This document shows positions 9,938-17,970 of a stretch of 23,278 nucleotides of DNA, one piece after another. How positions within the stretch are numbered: position 1 is the first letter of the stretch; every line of letters starts with the position of its first letter. The notes under the pieces were generated by a model that did no database searches, was not told where the DNA came from, and saw only the letters and a program-made list of their open reading frames with translations. Made by a program: the position numbers and the translations under genes. Source of the DNA: a virus (Duplodnaviria; Heunggongvirae; Uroviricota; Caudoviricetes); the IMG/VR virus record IMGVR_UViG_2562617087_000022, one strand, 5' to 3'.

Positions 9938-10432
9938 ATGGCCATGATGATGATCTACGGCATGTTTGTTTTTGAGCTGCGCACGTTGCCGCATCAGCAG
10001 TTACAGCAAAACAAAAGCTGGCGACATGTGAAAAATGAACGCGTTAACCGTTCAGCAAGCTGGCAGTATATCGGTGCAGGTGATGATCGCATCGTTCTTT
10101 CTGGTGTTCTTTATCCTGAGATTACTGGTGGCGAAGTGTCGCTGTCGTTGTTGACCACGCAGGCATATACAGGACGTCCTTGGCCTTTGATTGATGGCGT
10201 CGGGCAGATTTACGGCATGTATGTCCTGACCGGAACGAATACGACCCGCTCCGAGTTTGATCGCTACGGTAAGGCGAAAAAGATAGAATTTTCACTGACT
10301 CTTGAACGCTGTGATGAGGATTTGCGGGAGCGCCTGCAATCCTCATCGTTCAGCGATATGCTGTCCGGCTTCAAAGATAAGGTGACATCATCCCTTAATA
10401 GCGCGGCCAGCTCAGTTAAGGGGCTGCTCTGA
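9938..10432 (+). CDS. Tail protein (P2 gpU-like)
   Basis: 164-aa ORF with RBS GGAG; N-terminus MAMMMIYGMFVFELRT... and WPLIDG motif resemble P2 gpU; follows T. Confidence 0.8.
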   Translation: MAMMMIYGMFVFELRTLPHQQLQQNKSWRHVKNERVNRSASWQYIGAGDDRIVLSGVLYPEITGGEVSLSLLTTQAYTGRPWPLIDGVGQIYGMYVLTGTNTTRSEFDRYGKAKKIEFSLTLERCDEDLRERLQSSSFSDMLSGFKDKVTSSLNSAASSVKGLL

Positions 10433-10508
10433 TTTAACGTATGTCGCCAATTTCCTGATGAAGGTGACTGGCGACTTGCTGTTGTATGTCCTTCTCAGAA
10501 AATTGTTT

Positions 10509-10537
10509 TTGAATAACAAATAACAGGATTTTATAAT
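10509..10537 (+). promoter_or_regulatory. Putative sigma70 promoter of the acetyltransferase moron
   Basis: TTGAAT (10509-10514), 17-bp spacer, perfect TATAAT (10532-10537), in AT-rich DNA about 50 nt upstream of the RBS. Confidence 0.45.
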
Positions 10538-10588
10538 CTCTTAACCTTATAACATGTGTGGTCTGAAATAATAATTAAGGAGATTATC

Positions 10589-11161
10589 GTGCTATCTTAC
10601 TTAATGGCAATTCACTTTGTTTTATTTGGAAACTCTACTAATTTAAAAAACTTCTGGAAACATGAAGTAATTCGGCGGAAACGTATGGATATCTGGAGGC
10701 TTTTAAGAGAGAAAAAGCAGCGTAACCGGAATTTCCTTTTCTGGTGGCGGTTGGCTAACGAAATGTATATTAATGGTAATAAATTACATAAGAAAGCAGC
10801 CAAAAAGTTAAACAGTAAAATAATTAACAAGTTTGGTTGTGAAATAGGATTGGGCGCAAATATTGGAAAAGGGTTGACAATTCCCCATCATGCTGGAATT
10901 GTTGTTCATTTTGCTGTTGATGCGGGTGAAAATCTGGTATTACGACAGAATACTACCATTGGACAGATAGATGGTGATATGCCTAGTTCAAGAGTAAAAA
11001 TTGGTAGTAACGTTGATATCGGAGCTAATTGTTGCATCATTGGATTATCACGTAAAATTGGGGATAATGTAAAAATAGGTGCAATGTCTTTTATAAATAA
11101 AGATATACCATCAAACTGCACATATATAACTAAAAAGAGTGGTGTTGTATTGTATAAATAG
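10589..11161 (+). CDS. Hexapeptide-repeat O-acetyltransferase (CysE/WcaB-like, left-handed beta-helix)
   Basis: GTG start at 10589 behind a strong AAGGAG RBS (alternative ATG at 10604); ...GCEIGLGANIGKGLTIPHHAGIVVHFAVDAGENLVL...IGSNVDIGANCCIIG... hexapeptide repeats; AT-rich; own promoter and terminator. Confidence 0.75.
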   Translation: MLSYLMAIHFVLFGNSTNLKNFWKHEVIRRKRMDIWRLLREKKQRNRNFLFWWRLANEMYINGNKLHKKAAKKLNSKIINKFGCEIGLGANIGKGLTIPHHAGIVVHFAVDAGENLVLRQNTTIGQIDGDMPSSRVKIGSNVDIGANCCIIGLSRKIGDNVKIGAMSFINKDIPSNCTYITKKSGVVLYK

Positions 11162-11170
11162 AGTACATAA

Positions 11171-11209
11171 AGCCATCGATATTTCTGTCGATGGCTTTTT
11201 CTTTTTATT
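11171..11209. terminator. Bidirectional intrinsic terminator between convergent acetyltransferase and tfa genes
   Basis: Perfect 9-bp stem AGCCATCGA / TCGATGGCT with 8-nt loop, followed by TTTTCTTTTTATT on the + strand. Confidence 0.65.
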
Positions 11210-11737
11210 GTGGGGCGACTGGCCACTCAACATCCGCTGCTACTGTTGTATCAACACGATTCAACAATACCCGATATGTCTTCCATGCAGCCAGTAACGA
11301 TGCCTCTTCCTCCGTCGCAATATCCAAATCTACGGCATCCTGAAGTGGCGCAATATGCTCACTGGCTACCTGCATCAGGCTGTTTTTTGTTTCTTCTGCC
11401 TCCCGTACCCGAAACAGTTTTTCTGCTTCTGCATCTTTCGCCCAGGATGTGCCGTTCCACTTCTGACACTCTCCATCCGGCGACAACCAGGTAACATTTT
11501 CCGGTAACGGACCGAGTTCAGAAATAAATAACGCGTCGCCGGAAGCCACGTCATAAACCGTTTTACCCCGATGATCTTCAACGAGATGCCACGATGCCTC
11601 ATTACTGTTGAAAACAGCCACGAAGCCAGCCGGAATATCTGGCGGTGCAATATCGGTACTGTTTGCTGGCAGACCTGTATGAGGCGGAATGTATGCGTCA
11701 CCTTCACCAATAAATTCATTAGTTCCGGCCAGCAGAT
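11205..11737 (-). pseudogene. Tail fibre assembly protein (lambda Tfa / P2 G family), 5'-truncated by IS629
   Basis: Reading frame continues upstream of the listed ORF to the IS629 end: [51 protein letters not shown]...; about the first 16 codons are missing. Confidence 0.85.
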
Positions 11738-11791
11738 TGAACCGCCCCGGGAATCCTGGAGACTAAACTCCCTGAGAAAGAGGTAAACAGG

Positions 11792-12118
11792 ATGACTAAA
11801 AATACACGTTTTTCCCCCGAGGTCCGTCAACGGGCAGTCCGTATGGTTCTGGAAAGTCAGGGCGAATATGACTCACAATGGGCGGCAATTTGTTCCATTG
11901 CCCCAAAGATTGGCTGTACACCAGAGACTCTGCGTGTGTGGGTTCGTCAGCATGAGCGGGATACCGGGGGCGGTGATGGTGGACTCACCACCGCTGAACG
12001 TCAGCGTCTGAAAGAGCTGGAACGTGAAAATCGTGAACTGCGCCGCAGTAACGATATCCTTCGCCAGGCTTCCGCTTATTTTGCGAAGGCGGAGTTCGAC
12101 CGCCTCTGGAAAAAATAA
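11792..12118 (+). CDS. IS629 OrfA (second copy)
   Basis: 108-aa ORF, one substitution relative to the copy at 3076..3402. Confidence 0.85.
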   Translation: MTKNTRFSPEVRQRAVRMVLESQGEYDSQWAAICSIAPKIGCTPETLRVWVRQHERDTGGGDGGLTTAERQRLKELERENRELRRSNDILRQASAYFAKAEFDRLWKK

Positions 12119-12795
12119 TGCCGCTGCTGGATAAGCTGCGTGAGCAGTACGGGGTCGGACCGGTATGCAGTGAACTGCATATTGCCCCGTCAACGTATTA
12201 CCACTGTCAGCAACAGCGACATCATCCGGATAAACGCAGTGCCCGTGCGCAGCGCGATGACTGGCTGAAGAGAGAGATACAGCGCGTATACGATGAAAAT
12301 CATCAGGTGTACGGTGTGCGTAAAGTCTGGCGCCAGTTGTTACGCGAAGGTATCAGGGTGGCCAGATGTACAGTGGCGCGCCTCATGGCGGTTATGGGAC
12401 TTGCCGGTGTTCTCCGGGGTAAAAAGGTCCGTACTACCGTCAGCCGGAAAGCCGTTTCCGCAGGCGACCGCGTAAACCGTCAGTTCGTGGCAGAACGTCC
12501 TGACCAGCTGTGGGTGGCTGATTTTACTTACGTCAGCACATGGCAGGGCTTCGTCTATGTGGCGTTCATCATTGATGTGTTTTCCGGATGTATCGTGGGG
12601 TGGCGAGTCTCATCGTCTATGGAAACGACATTCGTGCTGGATGCACTGGAGCAGGCGTTGTGGGCCCGTCGGCCGTCCGGCACAGTCCATCACAGTGATA
12701 AAGGTTCTCAGTATGTATCACTGGCCTATACGGAGCGACTAAAAGAAGCAAAACTGCTGGCATCAACAGGGAGTACAGGTGACTCGTATGACAAT
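12118..12795 (+). pseudogene. IS629 OrfB, C-terminally truncated
   Basis: Matches the first OrfB copy through ...STGSTGDSYDN, then non-homologous codons and a stop; the DDE domain is incomplete. Confidence 0.85.
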
Positions 12796-12826
12796 GTATT
12801 TTATTAGTTCACATACAATTATCAGA

Positions 12827-13141
12827 TTATTCTGGGAATAAGGTCTGAATATTCTTTTTTATTTTATAAAAATTGCATTCAACTCCGCTAGGCTGATTAG
12901 CCTGGTATGTTTCCTTGATGCTAACGGTATTGAAGGGGAGGTTGTCCTCTGGCCATTCGGCCATCCAGTAGGCAAATGCTGGGTTGCGCTTTATGAGTGC
13001 TAGCCCAGCCAGAAAGGCCGCGCGTTGCGCGCGGCTGCGTTCGGAGGCTGGCAGGCTATCGAGGTAATTGCACGCCTCCTGTTCACTCTTGACGGCGGCG
13101 GGCTTCAGATAGAAACTTATCCGTCTGGTTGGTGTCGTCAT
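12827..13141 (-). CDS. parR: ParR/StbB-like ribbon-helix-helix centromere-binding protein
   Basis: 104-aa ORF 4 nt downstream of parM; N-terminal ...DSLPASERSRAQRAAFLAGLAL... resembles R1 ParR; the C-terminal third is AT-rich and divergent. Confidence 0.65.
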   Translation of the reverse strand: MTTPTRRISFYLKPAAVKSEQEACNYLDSLPASERSRAQRAAFLAGLALIKRNPAFAYWMAEWPEDNLPFNTVSIKETYQANQPSGVECNFYKIKKNIQTLFPE

Positions 13142-13145
13142 TGGT

Positions 13146-14105
13146 TTACTCCTTGTTCATTGCGTACAACCCATTAACCAGAGCAAACTGTGGCACCCCG
13201 TCCGCGATGAAAGTCGCATTAACTCCGCAGGCTTCGCGGATAGCGGTTGCCACAATCTCCGCCCCGCCACCGACAACCATCACCCGCCCGTAACCCGAAA
13301 AAACCGCCAGCGCGCGGATCACGCGTTGTTTCAGTGTTTCTTCCTTTTCACGAATAACCGCCATCAGGCTGGCGTAATGCGCGTCATTGTGGATGTGCTG
13401 GCGCAGCCAGGCTTCATCATGGCGATGTTCGATAATGGTATTGGCGATGTGGTGACTGGTGCGCATACCGTTAGTGGCCATCACCGACAGTACGGCATCG
13501 GCCATCAGAGAAACGCCTACGTGTGGATCGCAAAACACCTGGCTGATACCTGCCAGTTGCCCCTGAACCTTTGCCACATCCAGCGTGGTTCCGCCCAAAT
13601 CCACAATCAGCAGGGATTCAAACGGACTCATGTCAGCCAGTGCCTTAAAGCCAGCAGGAATGGATTCAGGCATAACCCGTACGTTACGGATAGTGAATGC
13701 TTCGCCGTTCTGGTACTCCACCGGGCGCATGACGTTCGCTTTTTTGCGGTTGATGTTGGCCATGTCCGGCTGTGCGTTTGTATCGAAATACTCGCTCAGT
13801 GGCAGGGTGACAACCACATCCACTTCCTGTGGTGTGATGCCTGATTTGACCAGCGCGTGATGAATGGCAATTACATTCACATCGCTGTACTGGTATTGCG
13901 TGTCGGTCGTCTGGACAAAGCGATCGCTGACCGGATCAAAACCATAGCGCACGCCATCAAGCATGTAGTTCGCGGGCTGCGTGCCACCGAATGGCGCAGA
14001 CCATTCCGACTTGAAGCTGTTCGGGCTGATGGCGTTGCGGCGTTCGCCGTTCTCAGTCCATGCCAGCTTGATGTTGGTGGAGCCGTCGTCGATACAAATT
14101 TTCAT
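13146..14105 (-). CDS. parM: ParM/StbA actin-like plasmid segregation ATPase
   Basis: 319-aa ORF; clear colinear similarity to R1 ParM (MK.CIDDGSTNIKL..., ...YSDVNVIAIHHAL..., ...VMPESIPAG..., ...DLGGTTLD..., ...GGGAEI...). Confidence 0.9.
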   Translation of the reverse strand: MKICIDDGSTNIKLAWTENGERRNAISPNSFKSEWSAPFGGTQPANYMLDGVRYGFDPVSDRFVQTTDTQYQYSDVNVIAIHHALVKSGITPQEVDVVVTLPLSEYFDTNAQPDMANINRKKANVMRPVEYQNGEAFTIRNVRVMPESIPAGFKALADMSPFESLLIVDLGGTTLDVAKVQGQLAGISQVFCDPHVGVSLMADAVLSVMATNGMRTSHHIANTIIEHRHDEAWLRQHIHNDAHYASLMAVIREKEETLKQRVIRALAVFSGYGRVMVVGGGAEIVATAIREACGVNATFIADGVPQFALVNGLYAMNKE

Positions 14106-14133
14106 GTCGCTTTTCCTTATGTTGATTAATTAA

Positions 14134-14252
14134 TCGGTTACAGGATTTTTAAATCCCGCTTTTGCCTGTTTTGTGCGCGCTTCATATATCGCGGCGCGTT
14201 TTTTGCTCATTTACGGGATTTGTGAGTCCCGTTTCTGTCTGTTTTTTGTTTC
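14134..14252. repeat. Two imperfect direct repeats of about 36 bp (iteron-like), straddling the 3' end of gene A upstream of parM
   Basis: ACAGGATTTTTAAATCCCGCTTTTGCCTGTTTTGTG (14134-) and ACGGGATTTGTGAGTCCCGTTTCTGTCTGTTTTTTG (14213-); each has an internal short inverted repeat. Confidence 0.35.
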
Positions 14253-17004
14253 CACTGGTCAGGCCACCCCGCAGCAGGTCTGCTTTGCGGCTGGCGCGTT
14301 CAGTGGTTTCACTGATTCTCTGTGCGTGCTCTGCGTCGCGGATGGCGCGCAGCATGTCAGAAAGCACGGTAACGGGTGTTTTCATGGTGTTCTGGTCCTG
14401 CTGAAGTGTGGATGCCAGGCGTGCGGCGGCTTCAGGGTCTGATGCCCCCAGCTGTGCCAGATAGCTGGCGACCGGGTTATGGCGGATCTCCGTGCTGCTT
14501 ACGCCATGATTACGGCTCAGGCGCTGCCAGAGCTGCGTGATTCGGCTGTCCGGGCGGGTATCCGGTTTGCGTACAATTTCAAATCCCTGCGGTGCAATGA
14601 TGCTGCCGTCAACGTACAGACTGCCGCCCCGTAACAGGTGCTGCATCTGTTGTTCACCGATATGCAGGCCGAGAGATTCAGCAGACTCCCGCCATTCTTT
14701 AGCGAGTAATTCGTGGTTATCAGGCAAAGGCCGCTGCTGTTTGCGGCTCTGTGTCCAGCTCTGCATTTCATCACTGCTGTTTTTTGCCTGTTTGTCACGA
14801 AGCGAACGCATCAGCGCCCGGCGTTCGTGCCGTTTCAGTGAGCGCATCCATTCGTTCACGTCAACGCCGTCAGGAAGCTGCGGCCACGGTGCTGGCCGTT
14901 CTTCCGGCTGTTCTGTCCCGTTGTTGTCCGTTTCCTGTACACGGGGACAGTTATTGCCACGAGTCCAAGGGGCGGCAGGGCCGCCCTGAAGGTCAAAACC
15001 ATTTTCGCGGGCGCTGTCTTCTACTCCCGGTTTACGTCTTACCAGCTTCCAGTTATCCGGGTGCGTGCACACACGGGAGGATTCCCCGATGAGTGGTGAC
15101 CAGATCCCGTAAATCTGTACGCTCTGTTCGCCGTAATCGTTCAGCTCATCTGCGAGGTCGTAGGCGGTGCGAATCAGGTAGTCCTTGCGTGGAACAAGTA
15201 CGCCTCCCTGTTTCTCAATGTAGGTGGTAAAACATCCGGCATCAGCGGCAGCAAGAACCGCATCCATTGCGTCATCCTTCAGCCGTTGCGGGCCTTCCGG
15301 GTTGCGTGCCATCTGGCTGGCAAGGCGACGCAGTTCACGCCACACCTGACGGGAGGGGATGCCAAAGAACTGGAACTGGCGGACCCGGTGAAGGCGCGCC
15401 CAGCCAATGGCGCGTTCCACGCTCTCGGTCATTGATTTTCCGGTTTCGTGGTCAACGCGTGGTTTGCCTGTTTTCGGGTCGATGCCATCCACGGCGCGGC
15501 TGTCCAGGTTTTTTCCGATGTAGGTGGCGATGTAGCTGGTTGGCGTGCCTTTTGAGCCGTCGACATACTCCGCCTTAAAGCGCGGAGTAATATCATCGCC
15601 CAGCTCGTGACGATCTTCCTGAATGGCAATATCGCGGGTGTGGGACACAATGGTGTCGATTTCTTCCGGATGAGCAAAGACCATCATATGCCAGTGCACG
15701 GTGCCGTCATGGTGAGGCTCCACCGTGCGGATGCCATACCAGCGCAGGCCGTCGCGGTTCAGTTTCTTGCGGACCGCCGCAAAAAACGTGTTAACCAGGT
15801 AATCGCTGGAGTCGCGCATGGTGGCCCCGTTCCATTTGGGATTCGGATGACCGTTCTCTGTTGTAGCGTGGTATTTTGACGGGCAGGTGACAGTCAGAAA
15901 CACCGCTTTGTCGCCACGGGCTTCGGCCAGAAGTTCCAGCCCCTTCATGGTGGCCATCATTTCTGCCTTACGGTGAACCGGGTTACTTACTCCCGCGTAA
16001 TACACTGTCTCGAGATCAATCGTGAACCCGTCTTCGTTTTCCAGCATGAAACTTTTCAGGAAATCGCGTGTTTTCTCGCGCTGTGCGCGAAACTCGCTTA
16101 ACGCGTCCTGGCTCAGATAGGGCGATGTTTTTCTGGAAACCAGACAGGCGGCGCGGAGTTGTTCTTCTCTCCACTCGCAACGTAACAGCCACAGTTTGCG
16201 TTTCCACCATTCCGCACAGGTCAGGCGAAGGATTGCGCCCGGCAGCAGCTCCGTGTCCGGTTCGTTCCTCCGGTCTTTGTCTGTTGTCAGTGCGTCATAA
16301 TGTGGAGGCATGGCGTGCAGGTGTAACGCCATGCGGGCCAGCATCTGATACGCCTTCAGCGTTACATCCATGGTCAGTTCGCCATCGGTCGCGCCAAAGC
16401 CATCGCAGAGTTTTTCGAAGGTGCTGCTGAACATCGCCGCCGTCATGGTGGCCAGCGTCTGTATCTGGTGTTTGTTGAGCTGCGGCAGGTAAAGCAAATC
16501 GTCCAGGCGTTCGCGTCCGGCAAGGGAGCGATAACCCTGTGTCAGCCAGCGGTGATCGGTGCGCTCCAGACGTTCGAATATTTTGCGCAGGTTTCCGCGC
16601 GCGTAGCGTTCAGCCTGCCAGCTCTTTTTGCCTTTCTGACGATCGGCTTCCTGTTTTTTGCGCAGGAAGGAGAGGTGGCGAATAAGCGGATCGCGCAGAT
16701 AGGACGGCAGCAGGCGCAGCGAGGCCATGGCTTCATCCACCGCACCGCGTGCCTGTTTTCTGGCGTCTCCTGCCAGTGTGATGGTTTTGTCCTGTTTTTC
16801 CTGTGCGTCCAGGCTTTTATTAATCAGGTTGCCCAGCGGCGTTGCGGAGAACGCCGCATCAGCCATTTCCTGGCGGCGCTCGTTCTCTACCCGGTAGGCA
16901 TCCAGCCAGGAGGAAAGCGCGGATTCAGGAGCGGGGATCCCCGTTCCTTCACGCCCCACTGCGTGGCGCGGTTGTTGCCAGTCCCTGATGTACTCTGCCG
17001 TCAT
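14182..17004 (-). CDS. Rolling-circle replication initiation endonuclease (P2 gpA-like)
   Basis: 940-aa ORF; HUH-type motif ...EPHHDGTVHWHMMVF... and tyrosine motif ...TSYIATYIGKNL... typical of P2/186 A proteins. Confidence 0.9.
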   Translation of the reverse strand: MTAEYIRDWQQPRHAVGREGTGIPAPESALSSWLDAYRVENERRQEMADAAFSATPLGNLINKSLDAQEKQDKTITLAGDARKQARGAVDEAMASLRLLPSYLRDPLIRHLSFLRKKQEADRQKGKKSWQAERYARGNLRKIFERLERTDHRWLTQGYRSLAGRERLDDLLYLPQLNKHQIQTLATMTAAMFSSTFEKLCDGFGATDGELTMDVTLKAYQMLARMALHLHAMPPHYDALTTDKDRRNEPDTELLPGAILRLTCAEWWKRKLWLLRCEWREEQLRAACLVSRKTSPYLSQDALSEFRAQREKTRDFLKSFMLENEDGFTIDLETVYYAGVSNPVHRKAEMMATMKGLELLAEARGDKAVFLTVTCPSKYHATTENGHPNPKWNGATMRDSSDYLVNTFFAAVRKKLNRDGLRWYGIRTVEPHHDGTVHWHMMVFAHPEEIDTIVSHTRDIAIQEDRHELGDDITPRFKAEYVDGSKGTPTSYIATYIGKNLDSRAVDGIDPKTGKPRVDHETGKSMTESVERAIGWARLHRVRQFQFFGIPSRQVWRELRRLASQMARNPEGPQRLKDDAMDAVLAAADAGCFTTYIEKQGGVLVPRKDYLIRTAYDLADELNDYGEQSVQIYGIWSPLIGESSRVCTHPDNWKLVRRKPGVEDSARENGFDLQGGPAAPWTRGNNCPRVQETDNNGTEQPEERPAPWPQLPDGVDVNEWMRSLKRHERRALMRSLRDKQAKNSSDEMQSWTQSRKQQRPLPDNHELLAKEWRESAESLGLHIGEQQMQHLLRGGSLYVDGSIIAPQGFEIVRKPDTRPDSRITQLWQRLSRNHGVSSTEIRHNPVASYLAQLGASDPEAAARLASTLQQDQNTMKTPVTVLSDMLRAIRDAEHAQRISETTERASRKADLLRGGLTSGNKKQTETGLTNPVNEQKTRRDI

Positions 17005-17010
17005 AGTGAT

Positions 17011-17376
17011 TTACTTCGTCATGCCATTCAGGGTGTCGCGGCAGGCTGTAGCCAGCCGCTGAATTTCCAGCACGGTGTCTTCTGTGTCGGCATGGCGATG
17101 TGTGATGCGGATGCTGTCGGCAATCACATCGACGATTGCAGAGGATGGGCGCTGGTAAATGCCAATAACGGACGGGGTGCCACCTTCAATGCGGTAAAGC
17201 CTGTAATTTCCCTCGTGGCTGTCAATCATGTAGCGACCATCAATAACAATCTTTCCGTCAGCGAGCTGCGGTACAGGCAGGGATTTCAGGTACATGTCAT
17301 AACGATCACGCACGCGAGCGGCAAGATCACGTTCTGTGTTGAGCAGGTATTCAAGAAAGTCGTTGGCGAGAATCAT
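17011..17376 (-). CDS. Hypothetical phage early protein
   Basis: 121-aa ORF with RBS AAGAGGA; ends 7 nt before gene A; protein-like composition. Confidence 0.55.
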   Translation of the reverse strand: MILANDFLEYLLNTERDLAARVRDRYDMYLKSLPVPQLADGKIVIDGRYMIDSHEGNYRLYRIEGGTPSVIGIYQRPSSAIVDVIADSIRITHRHADTEDTVLEIQRLATACRDTLNGMTK

Positions 17377-17448
17377 TGCGGCAATCCTCTTGTTACAGAT
17401 GTGCGAAGGCCTCCCGCCGCAAGGTGCAGGAAAGGCCCGGAACAGGAA

Positions 17449-17679
17449 TTAATGGAGTTTGTTTTGCTGCTGGATGAGCTGTTGAAACTCGTGCAGATCA
17501 TCCGCCAGATAGCTGAAAACAGAGGCGGAATAAATGTTTGATAGTGCGTGGCTGCGCTCATGCAGCATATTGATGTGCATGATTTGCGCGACGCGTGATG
17601 CGCGGGAAAGTCTGCGGTTGATTTCAGTCTGGATGTGACGACGCTCCGCGATAGCGCGGTGCTGTTTGCGGTCTGCCAT
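17449..17679 (-). CDS. Hypothetical small basic protein
   Basis: 76-aa ORF with GAGG RBS; first gene after the structured non-coding island. Confidence 0.5.
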   Translation of the reverse strand: MADRKQHRAIAERRHIQTEINRRLSRASRVAQIMHINMLHERSHALSNIYSASVFSYLADDLHEFQQLIQQQNKLH

Positions 17680-17848
17680 GGTGTGGCCTCTTTGCTCGGT
17701 GATAGAAATAACTCACCATCCAGAGTTGAGAATCTCGGGGTGGCGAGACGTACAGGGTTCTCAACACCGGAGAGCAAAGAATCCGGCCCGACCGAAGTCG
17801 GCCCCGTACGCCCCGCCATAATTCTGACGCGAAAAAGACGTGGCAATA

Positions 17849-17870
17849 CAGTACGCACAAAAAAACCGCT
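17849..17870 (-). terminator. Candidate intrinsic terminator (minus-strand transcript)
   Basis: Short GC stem AACCGC / GCGGTT with 4-nt loop, then 7 U on the minus strand; weak stem. Confidence 0.4.
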
Positions 17871-17941
17871 AGCGCGGTTATGCGCTTTGCTCTGTATCGG
17901 GTTGAGAATCCCGGCACCCGTTTTATGAGGTGCAGCGGAAA

Positions 17942-17970
17942 TGTAACCTGACCGATTGCGGCATGGCAAG
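17942..17970 (+). terminator. Candidate intrinsic terminator (plus-strand transcript)
   Basis: Stem CCGATTGC / GCAAGCGG (one mismatch) with 6-nt loop, followed by T7. Confidence 0.45.

Larger units (their letters stand above)
11738..12795 (+). mobile_element. IS629, second copy, 3'-truncated (about 1058 of 1310 bp), inverted relative to the first copy
   Basis: Left terminus TGAACCGCCCCGGGAATCCTGGAGACTAAACTCC at 11738; near-identical to the first copy until about 12795, where orfB diverges into AT-rich sequence. Confidence 0.9.

Noticed and set aside
9095-9947. Separate 278-aa gene downstream of T, and the alternative-frame ORF 9258..9947
   Set aside because: The 9095..9931 frame continues the tape measure protein after a frameshift rather than being an independent gene; 9258..9947 is an Arg-rich alternative frame.
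11375-11830. 151-aa minus-strand ORF starting [11 protein letters not shown]...
   Set aside because: Same IS629-terminus-encoded N-terminus reading out of the second IS629 copy into an alternative frame of the tfa region; the real gene there is the tfa fragment in another frame.
14517-17541. Plus-strand ORFs up to 357 aa (e.g. 16468..17541) overlapping gene A and the adjacent early gene
   Set aside because: Opposite-strand overlaps of the strongly supported replication gene A; Cys/Arg-rich junk-like translations.
17889-17910. tRNA-like T-arm resemblance (GGGTTGAGAATCCC)
   Set aside because: Loop does not match the T-loop consensus and no acceptor or anticodon arms can be built around it.
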